Shown here: positions 10,160 to 19,246 of the stretch, in pieces | How the letters are laid out: the number at the start of each line of letters is the position of its first letter | Numbering within the stretch: the stretch's first letter is position 1 | IMG/VR virus record: IMGVR_UViG_3300028831_000229 | Span: 32,001-96,000 of that record | From: a virus | Strand: one strand, 5' to 3' | DNA: 64,000 bases | Made by a program: the position numbers and the translations under genes | Notes under the pieces: generated by a model | What the model was told of the DNA's origin: nothing | What the model saw: only the letters and a program-made list of their open reading frames with translations | Database searches by the model: none

Positions 10160-12469
10160 ATGAAGAACGTCAACAGCTACAAGGTCTCGAACAACCTCTA
10201 CATCAACAGCCTGCGCGTCGGTAGCGCGCCCAAGAAGAGCGCGCCCACCAGCATCAACCACATCGTGGTAGTCGACTGCTCCGGCTCGATGTACGGCCAG
10301 CTCGACAAGCTGCGTGCGCACGTCAAGGCGAAGGTGCCGACGCTCGTGCGCGAAGGCGACACGCTGAGCCTGGTTTGGTTCAGTGGGCGCGGCGAGTTCG
10401 GTCCGATCCTCGAAGGCGCGTCGGTGGCAACGCTGCGCGACCTCACGAAGATCAACACGGCGATCGACCGCTGGCTCCAGCCGCACGGCTTGACCGGCTT
10501 CAAGGAGCCGCTCGAGGAGGTCACCCGGATGATCGGACGCATCCAGAAGACCAACAACAATCAGTTCTCGCTGTTCTTCATGAGCGACGGCATGGACAAC
10601 CAGTGGAACCGTGCCGACGTCCTCAAGACGGTCGAGACCGCGGCGAAGGGGCTCGTGTCGAGCACGTTCGTCGAGTACGGCTACTACGCCGACCGACAGA
10701 TGCTCAGCGCGATGGCTGCGAAGGCGGGCGGTCAGCTGATCCACTGCGACTCGTTCCAGGACTTCGAGCCGGCGTTGGAGCAGGCGATCACCAAACAGGT
10801 CAACGCCGGCTTGCGTGCCGAGGTCGGTGTCCCGAGCCACGCAGTTGGTGGCATCGTCTTCGAGATGACGGATGGCAACGAGCTGGTCACCTACGATGCC
10901 ACGAGCGGCACCGCGCTGGTGGACACCAACACGCAGCACCTGTGGTTCCTGAGCACGAAGCCCGAAGGTCAGGAGCCGCCGCTCACCGACACCGCCTGGG
11001 CGGCGCAGTACGCCGCGCTGTCGCTCTTCGCGGTGCGGATGAAGCCGGACATCATCTTCCCGCTGCTCAAGAGCACCGGCGACGTCCGCTTCATCAAGGC
11101 GTTCGCGAACTGCTTCGGCAAGCAGGCGTACAACACGTTCATGGATGCCGCCAAGGCAGCGGCGTTCGACTCCGCGCTCCGCTACCAGGAAGGCCACAAC
11201 CCGGCACTCGTGCCGGCCGAGGACGCGTTCACCGTCTTCGATCTGCTCAAGCTGCTGGAGCAGGACGACCACACCAAGCTGCTGCTGGACGACCCGGCGT
11301 TCGACTACAGCAAGATCTCCAGGGCGATGCTCAACGCGGACGAGAACCTGTCCGCGGCCGAGCAGGACCAGGTCGCCAAGCTGATCGCAGCGATGGCGAA
11401 GGAGAAGAACGCCGCGAAGCTGAAGACGTTGCAGGAGCAGCTCACGGCGATCACCAGCAAGAAGCGCGAGGCGTTGAAGTTCACGGCGGACCCGCAGCCG
11501 GACGGCTACGACATCTCGTCGCTCACCTACAACGAGGAGAGCCCGAACATCTCGGTCCTAGTCAAGAAGACCGGCACGGTGGACATCGCGCCGCGGCGTG
11601 CGGAGCTGGACAAGCTCGGCGTGTTGTCGAACGACAATGTGGTGCCGCCTAGCAACTTCCCGACGTTCATCTACCGCAACTACGCCATCGTCGCGCACGG
11701 CATCGTCAACGTGAAGCAGCTACCCGTGATGGTGAGCGACGCCGTCTGGAAGAAGCTCATCGAGAACAACGTGCGCTTCACCGGCGTGCTCAGCAGCGGC
11801 GAGACCACCAGCAAGGCGGTCATCGACCTGACGTCGCTCCCCATCATCAACCGCCAGATGGTCAAGTCCGTGACGCTGGCCGACACCGCGCAGCTGGCGT
11901 TCCATCTCGAGGCGGCGCGCGCCTCGCAGAAGGTCTTCAAGGACTACGTCAAGACCCGCTATCCGGGCGAGAAGCTCGTGGCATTCAACGCGAAGTATGG
12001 CACGACCGCCGCGCAGTGGCTCAAGGACAACGGCATCACCGAGTACAGCGGCTTCAACCCGCCGAAGGTGCAAGCCGAGTCCACCGACTTCATCATGGGC
12101 AAGGAGTTGAGCATCAAGCTCAAGGGCTATTCGTCCCTGCCGCCGGTCGAGAAAGTCCGCGAGAAGATGGCGAAGCAGGGAGCCAAGCTCAACGGACCGG
12201 AGACGCTGATGGTCTCTGCGATCCACGAGGTCGAGGAGTTCCTGGCCAAGAACCCGGAGAAGCTCCACAAGAACTGGCTCACCGGCAAGGAGAAGATGAA
12301 CCAGGCGTACGTTCGCTCGCTCTCGCACCAGCTGTCGCAGATCGCGTTCAGCATTATCGTCGGCCAGACGTGGTTCAGCGACTGCCCCACGCTGGACGAC
12401 AAGACCGTCACGCTCGCCAACGGCGTGATCGCGACGGCGGAGCTGAAGGAAGTCGAGATCAAGCTGTGA
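10160..12469 (+). CDS. Large VWA-domain protein
   Basis: N-terminal MIDAS VVDCSGSM ... FMSDG; aaggagaag RBS before ATG 10160. Confidence 0.85.
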   Translation: MKNVNSYKVSNNLYINSLRVGSAPKKSAPTSINHIVVVDCSGSMYGQLDKLRAHVKAKVPTLVREGDTLSLVWFSGRGEFGPILEGASVATLRDLTKINTAIDRWLQPHGLTGFKEPLEEVTRMIGRIQKTNNNQFSLFFMSDGMDNQWNRADVLKTVETAAKGLVSSTFVEYGYYADRQMLSAMAAKAGGQLIHCDSFQDFEPALEQAITKQVNAGLRAEVGVPSHAVGGIVFEMTDGNELVTYDATSGTALVDTNTQHLWFLSTKPEGQEPPLTDTAWAAQYAALSLFAVRMKPDIIFPLLKSTGDVRFIKAFANCFGKQAYNTFMDAAKAAAFDSALRYQEGHNPALVPAEDAFTVFDLLKLLEQDDHTKLLLDDPAFDYSKISRAMLNADENLSAAEQDQVAKLIAAMAKEKNAAKLKTLQEQLTAITSKKREALKFTADPQPDGYDISSLTYNEESPNISVLVKKTGTVDIAPRRAELDKLGVLSNDNVVPPSNFPTFIYRNYAIVAHGIVNVKQLPVMVSDAVWKKLIENNVRFTGVLSSGETTSKAVIDLTSLPIINRQMVKSVTLADTAQLAFHLEAARASQKVFKDYVKTRYPGEKLVAFNAKYGTTAAQWLKDNGITEYSGFNPPKVQAESTDFIMGKELSIKLKGYSSLPPVEKVREKMAKQGAKLNGPETLMVSAIHEVEEFLAKNPEKLHKNWLTGKEKMNQAYVRSLSHQLSQIAFSIIVGQTWFSDCPTLDDKTVTLANGVIATAELKEVEIKL

Positions 12470-12810
12470 GCCGTCGCTGCCGCACCGTTCCAGTAGCGCA
12501 GCTGGAGTTCCACGAAGGTGGAAATACCCTCTGGGTCCATGGCCCGGACGGTGGCACAGTCCTGCGCATCAAGACCATGGGGCGGATCGTGGTCGACAAC
12601 AACTGCGCGTCACCGACGCCGCACGGTGACATCATCGTCAACAGCGACATCCATCTGTGCATCAATGCGCCGAAGCGTCGCGCGAAGAAGCCGGTCGTCA
12701 CGGCGCGTCCTGACGGGACGATCGACGGCGTGTTTGATGCCGGTCACGTGGCGGCAGCGTTCGGCGCTACGCTTCGACGCACGCGTCGAGGCAAGGAGAA
12801 GCGCAAGTGA
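12466..12810 (+). CDS. Hypothetical protein
   Basis: GTGA overlap with the VWA stop; plausible composition. Confidence 0.5.
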   Translation: MSRRCRTVPVAQLEFHEGGNTLWVHGPDGGTVLRIKTMGRIVVDNNCASPTPHGDIIVNSDIHLCINAPKRRAKKPVVTARPDGTIDGVFDAGHVAAAFGATLRRTRRGKEKRK

Positions 12811-12976
12811 ATAACCGACTCAAGCGCATGGACGAGCTGATCGACATGATCGCCAGCAACGATACGAAAGGCTGCCCCGATCCGGTCGGTGGTGGTTGCA
12901 TGGGGCGCTACTGCACTACGTGCGCCGTGCGTGAGCTGCGATCGCACATGCGAGACCTCCACAAGGAGACACCGCG

Positions 12977-13375
12977 ATGAAGCGCTTGCTCACCGTACAC
13001 GGCAGCAGCAACGTGAAGATGATCGGCTACGACCAGGCGACGCGCGAGCTGGACGTCGTCTACCACGCTACGCCCGACATCGTGTACCGCTTCCAGGACA
13101 TCACGGCGCAGGCGTTCTGTGGCGTGATCGCAGCTGACTCGGTCGGCACCGCGTTGGCCGTTGCGGTTAAGCTCAAGGCGCATCGCAAGCACGGTCTGCC
13201 CGAGAGCGGCGACCACGACACGCCGGCCAGCGTCAAAAGCGGGCCGGTCGAGGTCACGGTGCCGCGTCACATCGCACAGACGACGCGCGGTCCGCTTCCT
13301 CAGAAGCCGCAACCGCCGCCGATGACCGACCAAGAAGCGTTCGACGCCGTCACCAACCGCCCGAAGAAGCTGTAG
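12977..13375 (+). CDS. KTSC-domain protein
   Basis: SSNVKMIGYD...LDVVY...VYRFQDI...A.SVG pattern. Confidence 0.8.
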   Translation: MKRLLTVHGSSNVKMIGYDQATRELDVVYHATPDIVYRFQDITAQAFCGVIAADSVGTALAVAVKLKAHRKHGLPESGDHDTPASVKSGPVEVTVPRHIAQTTRGPLPQKPQPPPMTDQEAFDAVTNRPKKL

Positions 13376-13400
13376 ACTCTGATCTCAGAAAGGATCAACG

Positions 13401-13925
13401 ATGCCTCTCATCTATGGACTGCTCATCGCTCTCGCTGTCGCAGGCGCCGGTGTCTGCGTCGGCGTGCTCATCACACGGTCGCGTCGCAAGCGCGCCGAAC
13501 CGGACGACGAGATGACCAAGGTCGTGCCGTTCTACACCGACCCGTACCGTACGTCGGTCAAGCCGCCGGCGCCTCGGCGCAACGCCAGGCAGATGACCGC
13601 GGTCGCGGACGACGACATGGTGCTCGACCCCAATGTGCCTGCGCTGATCAAGCGCCACGTACCGGACGAAGAGACCAGCGTCATGACGACGCCGCACCTC
13701 GAGCAGATGCGCACCATGCTCATGACCCACACGGACGACGCGCCTCGACACGTTCATCCGCACACGGTGCCTCATCACGACCACGGCAGCAGCAACGTGT
13801 GCGCCGAGGCGCCGGTGCACTCGCCGTCTCACGCCGGTCACGACGTCAACAGCCCGTTCGATCACGGTCACTGCTCCACCGACTTCGGCGGCGGTGGCTT
13901 CGACGGCGGCGGTCACCACCACTGA
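13401..13925 (+). CDS. Membrane-anchored hypothetical protein with His/Gly-rich tail
   Basis: N-terminal TM helix; ends DFGGGGFDGGGHHH. Confidence 0.6.
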   Translation: MPLIYGLLIALAVAGAGVCVGVLITRSRRKRAEPDDEMTKVVPFYTDPYRTSVKPPAPRRNARQMTAVADDDMVLDPNVPALIKRHVPDEETSVMTTPHLEQMRTMLMTHTDDAPRHVHPHTVPHHDHGSSNVCAEAPVHSPSHAGHDVNSPFDHGHCSTDFGGGGFDGGGHHH

Positions 13926-13949
13926 CACCCAGTACAAGGAGAGAAGAAG

Positions 13950-14312
13950 ATGCCCAGGATGTTCGTCGCGTTCCGAACCGACAGCGAGGAAGAGCCGCAG
14001 CGCCTCGCTGACGGTAGCAACGCCAACATGAAGAAGCGCTTGCGCGCCTACCTCGACACGTCGTGGTGCGTGGCCTTCTACGTCATCAAGCCCGACGTCA
14101 AGACCATCGCGCAGATCATCGAAGACCTGTCCGAGGTCGAAGCGACCGAGGCGCAGCACTACCGCGTCAACGCGCACGGCCAGGTGCGGAAGATCGACGC
14201 GCCGGAAGGCTCCGCGAACGTCACCGCCCCGGATGACGAGGACGAGGAGGAAGAGGAGAAGCCGCGCAAGAAGGCCAAGAAGAAGTCCAAGAAGTCGAAG
14301 TCGAAGAAGTAG
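13950..14312 (+). CDS. Hypothetical protein (acidic then basic tail)
   Basis: Purine RBS, typical codon usage. Confidence 0.65.
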   Translation: MPRMFVAFRTDSEEEPQRLADGSNANMKKRLRAYLDTSWCVAFYVIKPDVKTIAQIIEDLSEVEATEAQHYRVNAHGQVRKIDAPEGSANVTAPDDEDEEEEEKPRKKAKKKSKKSKSKK

Positions 14313-14354
14313 CTCCGTCGTCACGACGACACCACGAGAAGAGGAGAGAGCGGC

Positions 14355-15449
14355 ATGCGCATCGCGCTGGTCAGCGACATTCACATCCACGACTGGTCAG
14401 AGTTTCGCGTCATCGAGGATGGCGTGCCCTCTCGCCTCTCTCACGGCGTCGGCGTGTTGGCCGACGTGCGAGCCTACTGCAACGAGCACGACATCGACGT
14501 CATCGCCATCATCGGCGACGTCTTCCACAAGCGGAACGTGATCTACACGCGCCCGTACCGGATGGTGGTGGAGGAGCTGCAAGCGATGAAGCGCGACGGG
14601 AAGATCGTGCTCGCGGTGACAGGCAACCACGACCAGGCCGACAAGGAAGGCACGGTCTCGACCATCGACACGTTCGCTGCTGCTGAGCTGGTGACGCACG
14701 CAGTGCCACCAGAGCATGGTTGGGCGACGTGGGAGTTCGACGACCTGACCATCCATGGCTTCAACTACTGCGACAACCGAGAGCTGCTCTTGCGTCGTGT
14801 GGACGAGGCGCTCAGCAACGCAGCGCCCGCGGCGGTTCAGATCGGTCTCTTCCATCACGGCTTCAAAGGCGCACGCGTTGGCAGCGCGCTGGAGTACATC
14901 GTGAAGGAAGACGTCGATCCAGGTCCGCTGGGCAACGCGTTCGACTTCATCTTCAGCGGTCACTACCATGGCAGGCAGTCGATCGGTGAGCTGGAGAACG
15001 CGCTGTATCTCGGCTCACCGATGCAGCACACACGTGGTGAAGGCCGAGAGCCGAAGGGTTTCACGGTCTACGACTCGAAGACCAACACCGCGACGCTCGT
15101 GCCGATCGACCGCCCACGTTTCGTCCGTGTGACGCAGGAGCTGCTCGCAGCCAAGCCTGACAAGGCGAAGCGCCGCATCCGCGGCAACTTCGTCGACTTC
15201 CACTACGAGGTGTGGGACCCACATCTGCACGCTGACCTCATCAAGCTCGGCGCCGCTGGCGTCAAGCTCGTGCCGTTGCGCCGCTCCAAGATCACACCTG
15301 ACGAGCGTCGGCTGGAGGTAGACCCGACGCTCAGCGTGAAGACCGTCCTCAAGCGGTACATCAAGTACCGCAAGGACGACGTGAAGCACCTGGACCAGAC
15401 CGAGTTGCTCCGCATCGGGCTGGACCTCTACAACAGCGGAGAGGAGTGA
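14355..15449 (+). CDS. sbcD: SbcD/Mre11/gp47-like metallophosphoesterase nuclease
   Basis: SDIH, GDVFH, GNHD, SGHYH, YLGSP motifs. Confidence 0.92.
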   Translation: MRIALVSDIHIHDWSEFRVIEDGVPSRLSHGVGVLADVRAYCNEHDIDVIAIIGDVFHKRNVIYTRPYRMVVEELQAMKRDGKIVLAVTGNHDQADKEGTVSTIDTFAAAELVTHAVPPEHGWATWEFDDLTIHGFNYCDNRELLLRRVDEALSNAAPAAVQIGLFHHGFKGARVGSALEYIVKEDVDPGPLGNAFDFIFSGHYHGRQSIGELENALYLGSPMQHTRGEGREPKGFTVYDSKTNTATLVPIDRPRFVRVTQELLAAKPDKAKRRIRGNFVDFHYEVWDPHLHADLIKLGAAGVKLVPLRRSKITPDERRLEVDPTLSVKTVLKRYIKYRKDDVKHLDQTELLRIGLDLYNSGEE

Positions 15450-15461
15450 GGAACAGCAACG

Positions 15462-15683
15462 ATGAGCATCAAGCTCGGAGCCGTGACCGGAGTCGTGCAC
15501 CACGCCCGTGGTGTGCTCGCGGCTCTGCGCATCGGCAAGACAGTGACGGTGAGCGAAGAGACTCTGGAGGTGGTCAGGCGCGATCCGTTGCGCCTGCGCG
15601 ACCTTCATCACCACGCACAAGCGCTCGAGGACTACGTTCGTGAGCTGGAAGCCCAAGTCCTAGCCACGAGCGACAAGAAGTAG
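15462..15683 (+). CDS. Hypothetical protein
   Basis: Fits operon packing and codon usage. Confidence 0.5.
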   Translation: MSIKLGAVTGVVHHARGVLAALRIGKTVTVSEETLEVVRRDPLRLRDLHHHAQALEDYVRELEAQVLATSDKK

Positions 15684-15711
15684 ACAACCAACGAGAAGAG
15701 GAGAAGAGAAG

Positions 15712-15918
15712 ATGCGCCATGCTCAACTGAAGGATCTCTTGCCGCCGGAGGCGCTGCGCGAGGTCGAAGCGCTCATGAAGGCGGGCAAGTGCGACGCCGA
15801 CAACCTCAAGCCGATCACGCGGCGCTACACGGCCGATCTGCTGGCGAAAGGTGTGGACGCCGACTACCTGGCGTACTCCATCGAGAACGCGATGAACCAC
15901 GTGCGCGGGAGGCGGTGA
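15712..15918 (+). CDS. Hypothetical protein
   Basis: Preceded by the ACGAGAAGAGGAGAAGA leader. Confidence 0.6.
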   Translation: MRHAQLKDLLPPEALREVEALMKAGKCDADNLKPITRRYTADLLAKGVDADYLAYSIENAMNHVRGRR

Positions 15919-16112
15919 TGGATCCGACCGCTCTGCTCAAGCAAGCGTTGATGATCGCGGACCGCATCGTCCGACACGCGGACGACCCACAGCCGTACAG
16001 CACGCTCCGCGATGACGCCACGGCGCTTGCCGAACGCGTGAACCAGTTGAACGACTGGCTCTCGCGTGGCAACGCGTTGCCCGCACAGTGGCGCCATCGA
16101 GGTGAATCGTGA
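15918..16112 (+). CDS. Hypothetical protein
   Basis: TGATG overlap, ggagg RBS. Confidence 0.55.
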   Translation: MDPTALLKQALMIADRIVRHADDPQPYSTLRDDATALAERVNQLNDWLSRGNALPAQWRHRGES

Positions 16113-16263
16113 GCAAGACACTGCCACCACATCCGTTGCCGACGTGCGCGTGCCCACCACCGCCGGTGTACACCGGATTCTGGACGGACCTGTCTTGGCG
16201 CAAGTGGATCGCGATGCACTGCAACTGCTACGGCCACCTGATGTGGCGTGCACTGGACAAGCC

Positions 16264-16479
16264 ATGAAGAAATTCTACCTTTACCACGCGCCTCCCTTCG
16301 GGCGGCGGAAGTACATCGCCACGGTGAAGGCGGAGAACGACAAGGAGCTGCGCAAGCTGGTGAAGCGCGAGCACCCGAAGTTGACCGAGTGGGAGGCGCT
16401 GCGGACGAAGTACGTGAAGGACAAGATGACCGGCGAGATCTCGCTGCCACCGCGCGGCACTGAAGACAAGGAGGACTGA
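16264..16479 (+). CDS. Hypothetical protein
   Basis: Typical codon usage. Confidence 0.5.
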   Translation: MKKFYLYHAPPFGRRKYIATVKAENDKELRKLVKREHPKLTEWEALRTKYVKDKMTGEISLPPRGTEDKED

Positions 16480-16480
16480 C

Positions 16481-16798
16481 GTGAGCTACGTGTTCAAGGT
16501 TGTGCACAGCAAGGACGGCGTGGAGGACGTGTACCTGGTGACCGGGTCGTCACGGCGGGACGCTGAGACGAAGGTGCTCGACATGCTGTACGAGCGCCGT
16601 CATCGTGCACGGCCGGACCTCACGTCAGAGGAACGCGAACGCGACGTGTTCGGGTTGCAGTCGGCGTCCGTGTTCCAGGACTACACCAACAGCGCGCTGT
16701 GCAGGATCAACAACTGCTCGGTGAACGCGACGGTCTTCAACCCGGACCCGCCGTACAAGCTCTACTCGTTCAACCGCAAGACCGGAGGAGTTGAATGA
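16481..16798 (+). CDS. Hypothetical protein
   Basis: aggagg RBS. Confidence 0.55.
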   Translation: MSYVFKVVHSKDGVEDVYLVTGSSRRDAETKVLDMLYERRHRARPDLTSEERERDVFGLQSASVFQDYTNSALCRINNCSVNATVFNPDPPYKLYSFNRKTGGVE

Positions 16799-16958
16799 CG
16801 GACGAAGAACATCGACTGGAGGTCAAGCGCGGCTTTGTCGCCGGCTACCTCCACGGACGTAGCTCTCTCGGCGACTACGAGGCTGCCGGGAAAGAAGCTG
16901 ACGCGGCGTTCGAGCGCTGGTGGCACTGGCGGCACATCTCGTCCAAGGACACGCAGCC

Positions 16959-18797
16959 GTGAGGGCGCTCAGTCTCGACATCCGCAACTTCCTGTCGTTC
17001 GGTCGCGCGAAGATCCAGCTCGCGCGACGCGGTCTCGTGCTGATCGAAGGAGAGAACAAGGACGACCCGACAGCGCGAAGCAACGGCGCTGCGAAGAGCG
17101 CCATCGTGGAGGCGTTCGTATGGTGCGTCCAAGGCACCACGCTGCGCGGCTACGTCGGCGACGACGTCATCAACCGCAAGGTCGGCAAGAACTGCCGGGT
17201 GACGACCGTGTGGAAGGACCGCGGCTCGAAGTGGAAGATCGTGCGGACTCGTCAAGACGACAAGCTCAAGACGAGCCTGAACCTTTACCACGATGGTCGT
17301 CGCGTCACAGGGTCCACGGTCGCTGACACGCAGGAGCTTATCGACCGTATGCTCGGCATGACGGCGAAGACGTTCCTCTCCTCCGTGGTGTTCGGGCAGA
17401 GCAACGCGTACCGCTTCAGCTCGCTGACCGACACCGAGCAGAAGGCCATCCTCGATGAGGCGCTCGGCATTGAGGCGTACGCGGAAGCTGGCGTGGCGGC
17501 ACGTGACAAGGTCAGCGTCCACAGCGTGAACGTCGACACCCTCAAGCAGACGTTCGACGACACGGCAGCAGAGATCGAGAAGGCCGAGCAGGAGCGTGAC
17601 CGTGCTGGTGATCGCGAGCGCACCTTCAAGGCTGACCAGGAAGCGAAGCTCAAGGAGGTGCAGGGTGAGCTTGACGAGGTCAACGAACGCCTGACTTCAC
17701 TCGTCAAGTCGGACGTCAAGACGCTGCGTGACCAGCTGAAGACGATGCGGGACGTGCTTCGCAACCGGGAGCGTGACGTCGAGAGCCTGAAAGAGAACGC
17801 CGCGAAGATGCAGGCTGAGCACGGAACGCTTCACCGCGAGGTCGGCCGGCTGGAGCGTGAGATCTCACGCCACGAGGAGCTGAAGGGCGACTGCCCGACG
17901 TGTGGTCAGGAGATCGATGCGGACGACCAGGCCGAGGTGCTCTACGACATGCGCAAGCAGCTAAAGAACGCCCAGGCTTCCGCACGCGAAGCGCAAGAGG
18001 CTGCTGACAACGCCGACCGCAAGGCGCGCGCAGAGGCTTCGCGACTCCACAAGGAGCGCGAGGGTGTGTCCGAGGTGGAAGACGCGATCGAGCGCGCCGA
18101 GAAGCTCAACACGAAGCGCGCCGGCCTGGTGGAACGCGCGAAGGCTCTCCAGCGCCGGCTGGACGAGATCAAGGAGGAGAAGAACCCGTACCGCCGGCTG
18201 GTGAAGGAGGCCGAGCAGAAGGTCACCAAGCTGATCGAAGAGCGCGAGCGTGTGCGCGCCGACCTCGCCAAGGAAGAGGCCGAGTTGGAGTTGTACGAGT
18301 TCTGGCAAGGCGCGTTCGGCGCCAAGGGACTGCGGTCGCTGCTCATCGACACCGCGCTCCCGATTCTGAACGAGCGTGTAGATCACTACGCTCGCGCCAT
18401 CACCGGCGGCAGCATCCACATCGAGTTCAAGACCGAGAGCCTGTTGAAGAGTGGCAAGACGGTCGACAAGTTCGAGGTGGCGGTGACCAACGAGCACGGC
18501 GCAGGCAACTACAAGGGCAACAGCGCTGGTGAGAAGGCGAAGGTCGACCTCTGCGTCGGCCTGGCGTTGCAAGCTCTGGTGGCATCGCGCGCGCAGTCCG
18601 GGATCAACGTGGCGTTCTTCGATGAGCCGTTCGAGTCGCTGGACGACGCCGCGATCGAGCGTGTCGCAACGCTGCTGACCGAAGAGCTGACCGACCGCGA
18701 GTCGGTCTTCGTCATCACCCACAACGAGGCGCTCAAGGCGTTCTTCCCGAACGTCCTGACCGTCGTCAAGGAAGGAGGCATGTCCCATGTCGAGTAG
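16959..18797 (+). CDS. sbcC: SbcC/Rad50/gp46-like SMC ATPase
   Basis: NFLSF, Walker A variant G.N...SNGAAKS, Q-loop FGQ, CPTCGQ hook, coiled coils, SAGEK signature, FFDEPF, ITH. Confidence 0.93.
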   Translation: MRALSLDIRNFLSFGRAKIQLARRGLVLIEGENKDDPTARSNGAAKSAIVEAFVWCVQGTTLRGYVGDDVINRKVGKNCRVTTVWKDRGSKWKIVRTRQDDKLKTSLNLYHDGRRVTGSTVADTQELIDRMLGMTAKTFLSSVVFGQSNAYRFSSLTDTEQKAILDEALGIEAYAEAGVAARDKVSVHSVNVDTLKQTFDDTAAEIEKAEQERDRAGDRERTFKADQEAKLKEVQGELDEVNERLTSLVKSDVKTLRDQLKTMRDVLRNRERDVESLKENAAKMQAEHGTLHREVGRLEREISRHEELKGDCPTCGQEIDADDQAEVLYDMRKQLKNAQASAREAQEAADNADRKARAEASRLHKEREGVSEVEDAIERAEKLNTKRAGLVERAKALQRRLDEIKEEKNPYRRLVKEAEQKVTKLIEERERVRADLAKEEAELELYEFWQGAFGAKGLRSLLIDTALPILNERVDHYARAITGGSIHIEFKTESLLKSGKTVDKFEVAVTNEHGAGNYKGNSAGEKAKVDLCVGLALQALVASRAQSGINVAFFDEPFESLDDAAIERVATLLTEELTDRESVFVITHNEALKAFFPNVLTVVKEGGMSHVE

Positions 18798-19188
18798 TAG
18801 AAGAGGCAAGGGGTACGGCAGTGGCAGTCACACCGTGCCGGTGCCGAACCAGTCGATGGCGGAGATCCAGCGTGGCGGCAAGCCACCGTCAGTCCGTGAA
18901 GGCGCGCCGCAGAAACGGAAAGGCAAGCGTCCGTGGGCTTGGAAGGACGAACACACGCATGGTGAGGTTGGTGACTCTGAGCTTCACATCGGACCGTTGC
19001 GTCTGACGGTTCACCGCTACCACGGCTTGAATCCCAAGCAGTGGTTCGGCACGTGCTACGAACTGAGGATGGAGTGTCGACCGCTCGGCAATCCGGGCAT
19101 CCCGCTCAGCGAAGCGAAGACCATCTGGCTCGCGCTGGTCACCGAGCACGTGGACGAGCTGCACGAGCTGCTTCACGGACACGACTAA
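18787..19188 (+). CDS. Hypothetical protein
   Basis: Overlaps the sbcC end; ggagg upstream. Confidence 0.5.
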   Translation: MSSSRRGKGYGSGSHTVPVPNQSMAEIQRGGKPPSVREGAPQKRKGKRPWAWKDEHTHGEVGDSELHIGPLRLTVHRYHGLNPKQWFGTCYELRMECRPLGNPGIPLSEAKTIWLALVTEHVDELHELLHGHD

Positions 19189-19191
19189 CGG

Positions 19192-19220
19192 TTGACCGCC
19201 TACGCGATGCGACGTAGGAT
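19192..19220 (+). promoter_or_regulatory. sigma70-type promoter inside an inverted repeat
   Basis: TTGACC-17 nt-TAGGAT upstream of the 19247 gene. Confidence 0.55.
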
Positions 19221-19246
19221 GTCAACATCGATCACCAGGATCGACC

